A DNA stretch of 64,000 bases from Massalongia carnosa (Eukaryota), in the NCBI GenBank assembly GCA_965645245.1, contig OZ287073.1, forward strand, positions 868,001-932,000, read 5' to 3'. How positions within the stretch are numbered: position 1 is the stretch's first letter; each line of letters starts with the position of its first letter. The position numbers were made by a program, and so were the translations under genes. The notes beneath the pieces were generated by a model. That model saw only the letters and a list, made by a program, of their open reading frames with translations, made no database searches and had not been told where the DNA came from. Shown here one piece after another: positions 1 to 11,955 of the stretch.

Positions 1-160
1 TCGCTTCCCTGTGGCTTACATAGTAAGAGTCTAAATTAAGCGAGAGAACTAGTGACCGCCTGCCAATCTCAACTTCAACTTCACTCTTAATAACCACGTA
101 CTATCTATCCTCCCCTCACTGCCTTTCCCAAAAATCCCAAACTCGCCAAAACTTCCTAAT

Positions 161-746
161 ATGCCACCGCCACTCCCGCTTCCGCGTCCCAAAATTCTCC
201 TCCGGAAACCCACCGCCCAAGCCTCCGCCCTCCACCTTCCGAAGCGCCGAACCCTTACAACCACCCGCCAAGCGCGGTCGTCCGATTCCTCCTCACACTC
301 CCACTACGAGCCCCCTTCGGGCTGGCTATTTGGCGTGAAGCCGGGAAAGAAGTACGAGAAAGAGGGCTGGGAGGGAGCGTGGGTGTATGGGTTTTGGGGC
401 TCGATAGGATTGGGCGTGGTGGGGTATGCGTATAAACCTGATACTTCGTGAGTGGAATTGAGATTTGGATTTTCTAATGGGAGGGGAAGGGTTTTATTTG
501 GCTGGGCGGACGAAGAATCCGAAATTACATCCTGAATATGGTTACGCCATGTGGCCCTCCTCTCTCCCTTTTCATCCAACCTTTATCCCTCCCTAAACTC
601 CTCTTCAAAACTCGAAACCCTTTTCTAACCAAACTTCCGACTTTTTTTCTCTCTACAGAATTCAAACCTGGGCCCTAGAAGAAGCCCGCCGCCGCCTAGA
701 GGCCGAAGGCATCCTCCCGGACCCCGACCTCGAGCGGAAACCTTAG
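161..746 (+). CDS. NDUFB11: NADH:ubiquinone oxidoreductase (complex I) ESSS subunit, NDUFB11 family; 2 exons
   Basis: Arg/Ser-rich mitochondrial presequence, then EPPSGWLFG..KYEKEGWE..WVYGFWGS..YKPDTS. Intron 448-658 (GTGAGT...CTAAC...CAG) joins in frame to IQTWALEEARRRLEAEGILPDPDLERKP*, the typical fungal ESSS C-terminus. Confidence 0.9.
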
Positions 747-1841
747 TGTAGGCGGAGAAAGTCTATTGCGTCTTTTATGGAAAATATTCAATAAATCTGG
801 CGGTACTGGGAGTCTGGCGTTTTTTTTTCAGATCGGCTGATGGTGACTGTTTGCAACTGGAAATGGGGGAGAGCAGGAGAAAGGAGGAGGAAAGCCTACG
901 AATAAGTGGGAACGAGGGGGAGAGTGGCAGTTATGAGGACTTTGAAAAGTTTAGAAAGCTTTGGAATATTCTGGGGGGGGGGGGGGGGGGGTTGTGCATG
1001 GGTTAGATCGATCACTATTGACAGCTAGTTACAAAAGTCGCTCAAGAAAAACCTCACGATAGGGATTCTCCCGAAAACCCCAAGCGAGGCAGATTGCCTT
1101 TCTCCTCATTTCTTTCTCTCTCCCATATTTTCACCCTCAATCCTCCTTAAATACACCACCACAACATCGTCATATCACCTCACAATACAATCTCCCTTCC
1201 CTCCCCCTCAAAATAAAATAAAATAAACAAGTTACCATGTCAATCTTCATACACATATATATCCATAAATACCTCTCTCTCAACAAACCAACCAACCAAA
1301 AATCTTTAAGAACACCCCCTCCCTTTCTCAAAAAAAAAAACAACACACAAGAAAAAGAAGAGAGGTGTCAAAATATGATATAGAAAATAATCAAAACCGA
1401 AAATTTCGCATTGGGGTATGGTATAGTATACCGGTAGTAAAGATGTAAAATGAAAATTAAAGGCAAATAGAAATGGGAAGAAAAGACGAGGGAGGGAGAA
1501 AAAGGGAGAGAGGTAAGGTTTTGAGGGGAGGGGAGGGTTTGGTTTCCCGGGGTTGGAGTAGAGTAGGGTAGGATAGGATAGATGGGGTAAACGAAAGGAG
1601 TTAAGACTTTGGAAACCAGCGGTTACGAGTCTCCCCACTTTTTGTTATTGTCTTTATCTCTTTTACTTCTCTCCTATTCATTCTCTCTCTCCTTTTCATG
1701 GTGGAGGAGAATTTTGTAGTCTGTAGTCTCTAGTGCGAAAGGATTATCATACTGGTTTTGGGGGAGGAGTAGGGGAAGGGGAGGGGAGGTAGGAGGTAAG
1801 TCAAACAACGAAATAGTTAATCTGCCTTTCTAGGTGTCCAT

Positions 1842-3354
1842 CTAACCGTCCATTTTTTCTACATCTAGCGGCGCGGGAAACGTAACGATGGCGTATGTAA
1901 ATTCTTGTTCGTTGGATTCATAATAGGTAAAGGTAAGGTACATAGAACCCGCTTGCTTTGGGTTTTTGCGGTTTTGGATATGGAATAAGAAAAAAAGGCA
2001 GGGAGAAAGAAATAGAAAGCTCGAAGATAACATATGGTAACAGGACTTTGGGGGAAAACCCCCTTGTGCATCATTTCGCCTGAGCCCCTCTTGACGCCGT
2101 AAATGGACAACCCTATCCTCCCGGATAGCGGCAGTCCCACCGCCCACTCCCATCACGCGGTTTGGGTCCAGCGCGCTCATAGTGTCGGCTAGACGTAGTA
2201 CGACGCGGCGACGCGGCGACGCGGTTGGTGGTGTGGTGGGTACTAGCGTCCGTGAGGTGGGCGCAGAGGCTGTGGGCGAGGAGAAAAGAGGAGCGGGAGG
2301 TGGTGGAGGGTGAATGTTACGGAGATAAGGGCGAAGTAGGGCGAAATGGGGAGGGGGTATCTGGGATGGAGGAGGGGTATTAGTTTGGGGGGGTTGAGTT
2401 TGAATTTCGGGGACGCACATGATGACTGTGCGGAATCTCTCGTCCATTAGAGCGCTGACGAAATGTTTCCCTACCCTTTTCAGGGCTGACGGGATTTTTC
2501 ATAGAAGGATGGCGGTTGTCTGCTCCGCGGTAATTCTGCTGATGATGTGCGCTGTCATGTACCGCTCTTCATACGATCCCGCCTACTCGGACACCTCGTC
2601 CAGTCATTGCAACCCATCCACGAAGTCATGCTTGCTGTACTTAAGCCTTTCGTACTCCATACCCATGGCGTCGCCGATCAATCTAGAACTTGGCAATAAC
2701 GCATCTCTCTACGTCTTGCAGCGTGCGCCACTCGTACATGTACTCCATCGGACGGGCTCGCTGGCGAAGGGCGACAGCGTGTACAGAGGATCGTCGTCGA
2801 GGATATGCCCCGCTTTTTGATACCCGCTATTTTTTATATTTTTGTTTCTTTTCTTTTCTTTTCTTTTTCTTTCTTTCTTTTTTACGTGAATGTAGTTCAT
2901 CTGGCTAATCGCCTCCAGGGGCCGCGGACTTGTCGGGGCGTGGCTCATAGAATCCTGGATCTGGATCTCCGTGTCCATGTAGCGCTTCGGCGCCGTAGCG
3001 GGATTGGTGATTTGCAAGGTGCTGACGAGGAGCTTGGAGATAGAGGAGTTACCGCAGGTGCGGAAGAGGGCGAATTACAGGGCTTTTTCGGATGTGGAAA
3101 GGAATTCGGGTTCCATGAGGATTCGCTGGATGCGGAATGCATGGTCGTCGGTTATGGGGGCAAAGGAGCAACGGGCTGCGTAGGAAATTTTCTTCCGGGT
3201 TTGTGTAACGGTTGTTATGGAGGAGGGCGATGATGACAGGGTATATTAGGAGCACAAGGAAAGTGTAGTTAGGCCATGGCTGGTTTTGAGATTGGGAGAG
3301 CAAAGGAAGGCTGCTTCGGTCTGGAAGAATCATGGTGCTGTTTCTCATTGCCAT
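1842..3354 (-). pseudogene. MpaB-like (ER-bound oxygenase / DUF2236-type) gene, disrupted
   Basis: Fragments in shifting frames: KRYMDTEIQI..HAPTSPRPLEAISQMNYIH, GYQKAGHILDDDPLYTLSPFASEPVRW, YEWRTL..IGDAMGMEY, VSALMDERFRTV, HFALLRPY. Four in-frame stops at about 2499, 2583, 2604 and 2683, plus frameshifts. Ends approximate. Confidence 0.75.
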
Positions 3355-3847
3355 TTATACCGGCGGTCTGATCTACGGACTAGAGAAGCTCAAAGGTGCC
3401 TGGGCGTAAAGAAAAACTTGGAGAAGGTGGAAAGACGGGAGGATCCTTGGACTAGAATATAAAAACACGGAAGACAGAGTGGTCACGACATCTCAGACTG
3501 GCAGTGAAATAGAAAACCATGAGCCACGCTGGAAATCGTGTAAAAGGTACGAACGCAGAATCTTGATCCCGAGCTGCGGGACGAGTTGGGAGTGACGAAG
3601 TGAAGATTCTTCCTATGAAAACAAAAGTCCTTGAACGTCCAAAAAGGAGACGACAATGGGAGAGATTATTGAAATATGCCATCAATGAATTGCTCAGTAC
3701 AGCTCCAACCTAGAAAAAAAGGGGCGGGAAAGCTATTCCAGAAAGGGTTTAATCCAGCCAACGTTCCGTAATTGTGAGAACCCAAAACTAGGGACTAAAC
3801 ACGCGCTGCAAAACAACATCATCAAAACAGCAGCGCTTTCATCCACA

Positions 3848-4580
3848 ATGCCCCAACTATTTTGATTTAACACAAACAGATTCTCCTGCGCCAGCGGAAT
3901 CCAAGGTCAAGCCTACATTCCCAATCAATTTTGTCCTGGAAGAGGCAATAGCAACAGTACAATGCAGCCGTTTGCAGGCCACGCTCGAAGCAATCTGCAC
4001 CACTTCCCCAGAGGCAAGTCGCATTGCGATAAACCTGCTGCTTGTGCCGGAGACGACAATCAAGCACAATTTTAGCTAAGTAAGTATGTGAAGAGGAGGA
4101 TAAGAATGCAGATAAAGGTTCTGACGCGAGTGAAACGGACTCCTAGGGCGAGGATGAAAGCGGAGGCTAAGATCTGCTGAACCGGGACTCGGCATTCAAT
4201 GGGTACAAGAGACTTATATCTAGATTTGCGATATGCGAGAACTGCAATCAGGAGTTCGACGTCACGGATAATGGCGAGGAAAACTATGTTTGGCATGATG
4301 GTATGTTAGCACAGAGCCATTACCGGGGCCTAATCTGTACCCGTGGACATATCTGTGTTCGAGCTGATAGTGAACAGAAATAATGGAACCGGATTATACT
4401 GGAGATTTCTGGGCCGATCACGATGAAGCCTGTCACGGTATCATAGACACTGACGAAATGCAAGCCGAGTATCCTGAGGGATTTACCTGGATGTGCTGCG
4501 ATAAACCTGGAACTGCAGAGGGCTGTAATACTGGAAGACATATTGAGAAAAAGAGCTCGATAAAGCGCCCACGATGCTAG
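3848..4580 (+). pseudogene. Cys/His-rich fungal hypothetical protein, tandem copy A (degenerate)
   Basis: Pieces read ..LEEAIATVQCSRLQATLEAICTTSPEASRIAINLLLVPE*, RFAICENCNQEFDVTDNGEENYVWHD, intron from about 4301 (GTATGT), then DFWADHDEACHGIIDTDEMQAEYPEGFTWMCCDKPGTAEGCNTGRH. Frameshift right after the ATG and an internal stop. Confidence 0.6.
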
Positions 4581-4769
4581 CACTGTAGCTGGTCACTGCC
4601 TGGATCGCACAGACCGAGGCTCGGAAACCCCGGGCCGTCGATCCATAACTTTGCCCTTGTTCTCCACGTGACTACCGATCGCAAGGCTCAGACGAAATAC
4701 CTAGAACTAATCGTATTGACAATCAGTACAGCCTCGGGAGTTCATCGTTGCTACTCATCATTGCATATA

Positions 4770-5672
4770 ATGTCTCCGACAAACATTGACATAACTCAAG
4801 CTAGCTCTCCTGTGAACGAAGTGCCCAATGACCTCGAGGTTCCTGACCTTTTGAGCGAGGTTATTGATTCAACGCCGCCGGAGCGATTGCACCTTGAGGG
4901 TGATGTGCCATTTTTCACCGGAGGCGACTCGGCTTCTTAGCTCTTTACTGCTTGTTTCTGAGGACGAGGTCAAGTATCGGGAAGTTGACGAATCAAGTGA
5001 AGAGGAGGAAGAAGAGGACCAGGAAGAGGAGGACGAGGAAGAGGATGAGGAAGAAGACATTCAAGATAAATCCTCAGTGGCTAATTTAAGCGGTCTGGAG
5101 CAAAAAAATTTTCTTTGAAGGAATATAAAACGAAAAGCCAGACTGAGATTTTAGGAAGCGGCCAGATACCCCTTTCGCAAACCGGGCTTACGAGACCAGC
5201 GAGCAGTCACGATTTGACTCTGGATACCACGCAGGAAGCAATTCCTCCCATACTTCAGATCTGAAAACTGCGACGCCCATGTCACATGCGCTACTAACCA
5301 ATCTTAAACGTTTGAGAGCGAGGTATGCGGTATGTGAAAACTGTGCAGAGGGCATCGATGTGTCAGATAACTCGAAAGGAGACTGTGTGTATCACGATTG
5401 TATGCACCCAGCGAGAAGCATCACTTCGGGCTCTCTGTTTGATTTGGAACTTAACTAATAGGCATGTAGGCGAGTTGGAGATTGATGACGATGGGGATTA
5501 TTGGGCTGATAATGACGAAAGAACATACGGAAACGTCAATACCCTGGCGATGCATAAGGCTCATCAGGAAAGGTTTATCTATAGTTGCTGTAACGAGGAC
5601 GCAAATTCCGTTGGCTGTAACACTGGAAGACATGTTGAGGAAAACGCTATATCCAAGCGTCCATGTTACTAG
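4770..5672 (+). pseudogene. Cys/His-rich fungal hypothetical protein, tandem copy B (degenerate)
   Basis: MSPTNIDIT..LLSEVIDSTPPERL/TLRVMCHFSPEATRLLSSLLLVSE, an acidic tract, RYAVCENCAEGIDVSDNSKGDCVYHD, intron, GELEIDDDGDYWADNDERTYG..FIYSCCNEDANSVGCNTGRH. Collinear with copy A; frameshift and stops present. Confidence 0.6.
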
Positions 5673-5807
5673 GAGCAAGAGCTAGCCCCGCCAGGACCAT
5701 GAACGGCTTAACGAATAGCCTCACCAGCTTAGCCAGGCGCTTCTTCTAAATTTTCGGCTTCCCTGGGTAGATATCAGCTGAGAACGAGGACCCCGATTAT
5801 CATTACA

Positions 5808-6086
5808 TCAAGGCGATGTACCTTTAGCTTTCTTGCCACCGAGCATCCCCGCCCACTTTTGTTCCCACTCCTCAAGGTACTCAGTCATATCCTCACGTCT
5901 TCTAGGAGTATTGTCACGTTGGCCAACCAGGAAGGCTCGGTGATGATCCATCTCACGAAGGTGCTGCTCGATGGCGGGAGGGAGAACCGGTCTGTTCTCT
6001 TGGGAACTCCATACTTCTGGGGACTTGTTGCGATCATTGCCTGAGCCCCTAGTTACATCATGATAAGCACGAACTTTCACTGTCAT
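5808..6086 (-). CDS. Small (92 aa) hypothetical protein, paralog of 11002-11187
   Basis: ATG-started ORF. Shares P..E..L.E.D..RAFL.G...(16 aa)...E.WE..W with the ORF at 11002-11187. Confidence 0.55.
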   Translation of the reverse strand: MTVKVRAYHDVTRGSGNDRNKSPEVWSSQENRPVLPPAIEQHLREMDHHRAFLVGQRDNTPRRREDMTEYLEEWEQKWAGMLGGKKAKGTSP

Positions 6087-7565
6087 TTTCCTCGTCGTGA
6101 GGGAAAAGAAGAGGAACCAACGCCATTTTGGACAAATTATTTTGAGGAATATGGTGCGGTTTGGAGGGTATTTCTTGGTGGAAGCCGAGGGGGTAAGCGA
6201 GACTAACTTGAAAGAATATCGAAGAGCAACGTCTTTAAGGGGACGGCAAGATATCTTAGGAGGTTGGATAGTATTGTCGATTACGGAGCGTTTGAAACAG
6301 GGAGGACATTAAACTTTATACGTTTCCATAAGTATACACCATACCAAGCGTTTACACGGTGCTGTAAGGGGTTGCGCAGTGATAGCGCCGTGGCAGTTCG
6401 TGAATTGTTAATGTGGGTCAAGGCTGGCAAAAGCAAGTTGAGACCTGAGAAAGAAGCCTTGTCTGCACTCACCAGGATCAAATCCTATACTACACTAGAC
6501 CTTAATAGGCAGGAATAAAGTTGGTCGGTCTTCCGTCGGATGCGCTGTCGCGCTTCTCTATTAGAGATGCTGCAACTTGCCGGGAGAGAGTTTGGTCTTG
6601 CCGGGGGAAAGTTTGGTCCCTTCCAGCCATCTGGCTTACCGAACATGATCTGATTGTGTCGAGATACCACACGTGAGTATTTGATTCAATTGATATAATA
6701 AGCTCGATTTCTGTTGATACTAATTTAATGATGAGCCGAACGTTGTTGTGTTGCACAGAATATGTTCGTTCCTTTCCGGGTTAACGTGAGGCAGGGGCTA
6801 GCTATGATTAATAGAATCGAGCTTACTCTGTAGGAGCTTAATCTGTACAACATACTTTTCTGTCAGAACTCAGACCGAGATTTCGCAGGGCGTATAGAGT
6901 GAGTACAATAAAATCGCATGACGCTAAACAAGAAAGCCTGCGAAGCCTGCGTTAGCCGATCATTTTGTAACGGAGCGGACGATATACGAGTAGATTTAGC
7001 CACTCCTATTAACGAGTGACCTATACCACTACTTATATCAGAAGGCCTAGGGGACGTTCAGGCTAGCCCTGTAGCACATTTTGCATCCCGGTTCGGACTG
7101 AAATAAAGCGTCCGGCATGTGGAGAAAACTCACCACTGTTCTGCGAAAAACAAGGCTGGCCGGATGAGTGTACGAGACAAGTATTTCCTTGCCCGATCTT
7201 GCCCCCAACACTCGTCACCACTGATTTGGGTCTATGTTCCCCCCGTAAACCTGGAGCTAAAGGTTTCGAGGGTTTGGTTCGAAGCCGCATGTAACGCCTG
7301 ACGCGTAACTGGACAAACGCGCTTCTTAAGCTCGAATCCTTCAATCAACAGAAGTTGAGGGCGATCAGGCGTAAATCAATGCTCGGGGGAGGGGTGAGAG
7401 ATGCACATCAGGGATAATCTTGTACTTACTTAACTGGTTGAGTATTTCATAATCTATACGGAGTAGTAACATAAGGACGTAAACATGATACAACAGGTCA
7501 CTACAGATCATCGCAATTGGCTTGCTATGACATCATTTGTTGGGATTCAGAAGACGACGAACGTG

Positions 7566-7714
7566 TTCTTTTCAAAGTTAGCGTAGAGCAGGGGTTATGG
7601 CCAATCGAATCGCTTCATTCAAAATCACGTGCAAATTCCTACCGAATAAAGCGACTTTATTAGTCACAACCCTTACTATGCGCTAACCTGGAGAGGAAAC
7701 GCATAGTAACCGTG
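7566..7714. repeat. Direct repeat unit 1 (about 150 bp) containing a 44-bp-arm imperfect hairpin
   Basis: Matches 9536-9676. Internal inverted arms 7577-7620 and 7644-7687 (about 33/44 identical, mostly transition differences). Confidence 0.85.
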
Positions 7715-7826
7715 ACGCTAATATGCACGCTAAATAAGCCACCTACAAGAGCTCAGCCCTACGAAGATAAACTCCTTTATTTACTCCTTTATTTACTCCT
7801 TTTTTACCTTCTTATCTACCTCCTCA

Positions 7827-9073
7827 TCAGTCTATATTGGCCCACTCCTCCTCATCTTCAGTAGGACCTCTCTTTGAACGCAGATATCGACTGCGCCGCT
7901 CCTCAGCATCGTAAGGTCGTACCATTCCTCCTGTTCTTCCTTCTCTGTACTCGTTTCCTCCTTCTAACTCAATGACAGTCTGTATGTGACGAGGCATTCT
8001 CTCTATCCAGCTTTGTATTTGCTCCTGCGATAGCTCGTCCCAACATTCAGTCCATGCTACTTCGGCCTCCCGTCTGCTTCGTGGAGCTCCGAGGAGGGTC
8101 GTACGTCTTTTCATCCAAGGCCAGCATGGTTCAATCATGTTGACATCAGGTGAGTTGCCAGGCCACAAAAAGCGAAGCACTCGAAAGTCCATAAACACCA
8201 CATCCTGATGTTTGGAGGTATGACAGGGGGCCTCATCTTCTTGAACCACCGTGTTTGGACGATCTTTCATGCATTCGGTAGCGAATGGAAGAAGTTTGTC
8301 TATCAAAATATTCTTTTGCTAGCGATACCAGTCAATTCCTCCCTTTTTATTATCTCGCACGATCTTTCCATGTTTTTGATCCCATATCCATCGAGGCTGT
8401 CGTCCTCCTGAATTTCTTAGTCTCATTCGTCTCATTCCATTTTTATCGTACGAGAAACACCCCCAAAACATGAACTCTGAGTGTCCTTTCCATCGACGAC
8501 GAATGCATGTTTTATCATTCATTTCTTTCGAGGTTCTCCAATGCAGTCTTCTTCCTCTTACTGCATTCAGCATCACGCTCGTCTCGTCACTCCAGATGAC
8601 GTTCTTCCAGTCTTCAAGAGTCCAATGCTGATGATCAATGCAAAATTTCAGACGTGCTTCCTTCATGATCGAAGTAAGGCCAGGCTTTTTCGTTGATTTA
8701 CAGGCTCGAAATCCATTCTTTTTAAGAACCTTCAAAATAGTGGAAGAACTCAGCTCATGATCAGCATAGCTGAAGACTTCTCCCTTCCGTTTCGATCTTT
8801 GCGTACATCAGTCAATATAGCCTCCACCAATGCAGGTGTTACTTTAGAAGGTTGGCCTGAACGAGGTGCATCTTCTACATATTCCATCTTCAAGACTCGT
8901 GAGATCTCGGGATCATATCCTCTGCTTCTTGCTTTCTTCTTGATATGACTGATAGATCTCGTCGAGACTTCAGTGATTTCCTCTACTCTTTTGGCTGATA
9001 CTCCATGCTCTACGAGAGTCAAGGCCTGAAGTCTTTGAGCGAGAGTCAGTGTGTTATATTGAGGACGAGTCAT
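7827..9073 (-). mobile_element. Tc1/mariner (DD34E) transposase, frameshifted
   Basis: N-terminal HTH (RLQALTLVEHG..GYDPE..EDAPRSGQP), HQHWTLEDWKNVIWSDETSV, FMFWGCFSY, QED-x34-E ending WPGNSPDVNMIE. Split over three ORFs (8750-9097, 8319-8735, 7827-8306). Confidence 0.9.
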
Positions 9074-9153
9074 GATGATATAGCTACAAAATATCAACTA
9101 AAATCAACTATAAATTACAAATATTGAAGCATTTTATCTCTTGATGCCCGGAG

Positions 9154-9442
9154 TTGCCTCAGTACCTCAGACCTGCCTTGCCCTCGCCACAGCTAAGCCT
9201 TTTCGGATTAGTATATAATTAGTCAGAAGCTAAGTCAATTTAGTTAAATGTTTAACTGTTTTAGGATAAGATTCTATTTAGCTTACTACGCAAGCTTCGG
9301 GCCGGCAGCACAGCGAACTTAGTAAGCAAAGCCTAACTTTAAAGAGTTAGGCATATATGCTAAATATGTTAGCGCCGAGCTAACCGAAAGAGGTTAGTGC
9401 AGGCGAAGGCTGTGCCACAACACGTCTGAGGTACTGAGGCAA
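9154..9442. mobile_element. MITE-like element (289 bp) with perfect 19-bp terminal inverted repeats
   Basis: TTGCCTCAGTACCTCAGAC at 9154-9172 and its exact reverse complement at 9424-9442; weaker subterminal complementarity; AT-rich interior. No clear TSD. Confidence 0.6.
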
Positions 9443-9535
9443 GCCCACCCCCTTGTCTAGTGGCGGAAGCTAATGCAAGCTAAAATACGCTAGCCACTTC
9501 CTGTGTCATCCTTCCGTACCGTCAAGTAAGGTCTT

Positions 9536-9676
9536 TTCTTTTCAAAGTTAGCGTAGAACAGGGGTTATGGCCAATCGAATCGCTTCATTCATAATTACAT
9601 TCACATTCCTACCGAATATTCATGATAAAGCGATTCTATATGCGCTAACCTGGAGAGGAAACGCACAGTAACCGTG
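9536..9676. repeat. Direct repeat unit 2 (copy of 7566-7714; right hairpin arm partly deleted)
   Basis: TTCTTTTCAAAGTTAGCGTAGA.CAGGGGTTATGGCCAATCGAATCGCTTCATTC...ATGCGCTAACCTGGAGAGGAAACGCA.AGTAACCGTG is shared with unit 1. Confidence 0.85.
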
Positions 9677-11001
9677 CACTGACCCTCGGCTTCCTTTGTT
9701 GCACATTAACGGGTGCACTCTTCTACTAGGTGTCTTGCTTTCCGAGTTCTAGGCAACCTGATGTTATTCTGTACTCCGTACAGAGTAGTACAATACTAGG
9801 CCAAAAGTCTGCGTCCCGAGGCAGTTTTACACCAAAACCTGTACTTTTTGAAAATTTATTATATATTACACAGTTAAGCAATTTGTTGGATTCTTTTTTT
9901 AATAAAAGAGATTCTTGAAATATTCAATCTGTAGTACTACGATTTTTGAATTCTTCTTTATTCTATGTTCTGTATTCATGTTTCACAAGATAATATTAAT
10001 TTTCACAGTTTTCGCTTATTTTTGTATAGAAATCTTTAATTTTCAACTTTTGCTTAATACATCGATACATTGCGTGTCATAAACGTAAATCAAATAATTC
10101 GAAATCGTATTGGGACTGTATCTTAACTCCAAAAAACACAGGTCAGCTCATACAAGGCTACCGGATTCGGCCTCCTTTCTATCAAGCTCTAGGCAAGCTG
10201 TAATGACGGATTTCTTTGTCATTAGATAGTCGATAGGTATAGTCTTGAAAATATGTTAAGAATTTTGATATTAGAAACCTCGCCTAATAAGAAACCTAGA
10301 TGCTACGATTTTGGAGTTTCTTATAACCCGATCTGACTGTATCTTCTATTTGATTTGAAAAAATCCTTTTGAACCTAGAAGCCAGCGCCATCGGATGTTT
10401 CTAATCTGGACTTCAACCTAAACCCGAAGAAACAGTCGGACCCGAATTTTATTAGCGAGACCCTGGACCCTTCCTCAGAAAAGACTCAAAGACAGACCCG
10501 AACCCGGAGTTGGAGCTGGAGCTCGAGTTCAAGCGTTAGTTTAGTCTTGATGTGCCATTACAGGGGTTTTCTTGTGGTAGACACACAGCCCGTGCCAAAA
10601 TAAAATGTTTGTGAAGACGATGGTTAAGAGATTACCATTGTTGATAACATATATGCTGGCTTTACTTGTCACTTTACCTCTCAGCTGCTTCTCCTAGAAC
10701 TAACCATCAATAGAGACGGAGATGACCATTAGTCGAGTAGATTTTATCAACATTACATGACATCAGTGCGGCCTAAAATAGTGTTCCAGCTGGACAATAG
10801 ATCGCCACGACTTGGACTACAAATGAATACGCCCAAGACCTATATCCACCAACTATTATCTATGTTACTGTAGATATACTATTTTCTTATCATTTCCGGT
10901 TTCTTCCTCCTGTACATTTGTCCAGCAGCCGCCCATTTTTTAGGCTTGCGAAAAAAGAATTCCTTCTTCACGTCAGCCCTTGAGCTACCACTAGCTCGGG
11001 G

Positions 11002-11187
11002 TCATACCTGAACTACTTGTGGCCTACGGTCTACACATGTCTTTTGCCACGTTCTTTCCCAATCTTCCACGTTCCGAATCACCTGCTCTTCATGACTAAT
11101 TGCTCTGTTATGTTCGCCCGTAAGGAAGGCTCTTTGATCATCGACCTCCTCAAGATATCGTTCAAGCGTCGGAGTTTGCTCAGGCAT
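11002..11187 (-). CDS. Small (61 aa) hypothetical protein, paralog of 5808-6086 (possibly 5'-damaged)
   Basis: PTLERYLEEVDDQRAFLTGEH..VEDWERTW aligns without gaps to PAIEQHLREMDHHRAFLVGQR..LEEWEQKW. Confidence 0.5.
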   Translation of the reverse strand: MPEQTPTLERYLEEVDDQRAFLTGEHNRAISHEEQVIRNVEDWERTWQKTCVDRRPQVVQV

Positions 11188-11875
11188 GCTGGCGGCCGAT
11201 ACCTCTTTTTGGTTGGCAAAGATGATGATTGCTAGGGCTGCCTAAGGCGCTAGAGGAGTTCAGTAATAGCTTGATGACTTTGGCTCGGAGGAAGTAATTC
11301 TGGACGATATAGAGAGGATGCATACAGCATGTTGTTTCATATCGTTAGGACGTGATGGAATCGTTAATCTGATATGAAAGCCAATGCGTCTGGGACGATT
11401 CAAGGGGGGCCATGGTCTAATTTTATTGCATCCTGAATACGGATGGAAACGAGCACTACAGTCTTTCTCTGCGGGAGCTCATCTCCTTTTGTTGATCGCT
11501 CCGAGGCACAAAGAAAAGCATATTTGCATTAAGGCCGCTCGACAAGAACGAACGAGGAGCAGGAGATATGCTTTGCTATGTCACAAAAAAATCTTCCCAT
11601 GCATCTGGGATAGCTCAAGGCATGCACCAACGGACAAACTGGTTGCCTTCTTTCAGGGAGCCAGAAGCGTATATCTAATGTTTAGGAGAAGGGAAAGTAC
11701 AACACAACCCGCAGCAATTATTAGCGGACGTCTAGTAGAGGTCAAAGTCATCAAAGCTTTTCGAGTCCACCCGCATGCTTCGGCCCCGATGCACATAAGC
11801 ATCGTACGAAGTTAAAACCTTTAGCGGACCACTAACGACCTCAACGTTCTCTGCTGACGGAGCCGCACTTCGAAA

Positions 11876-11955
11876 ATCTATCAATGTTCAGTTAGTTTTA
11901 AATTGCCATCCAATCATCTATCAATGTTCAGTTGGTTTTAAATTGCCATCCAATC
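11876..11955. repeat. Tandem duplication of a 40-bp unit (2 copies, 1 mismatch)
   Basis: ATCTATCAATGTTCAGTT(A/G)GTTTTAAATTGCCATCCAATC x2. Confidence 0.95.

Noticed and set aside
973..991. Run of 19 G (possible G-quadruplex)
   Set aside because: Simple homopolymer in a low-complexity 3' spacer; length unreliable and no evidence of function.
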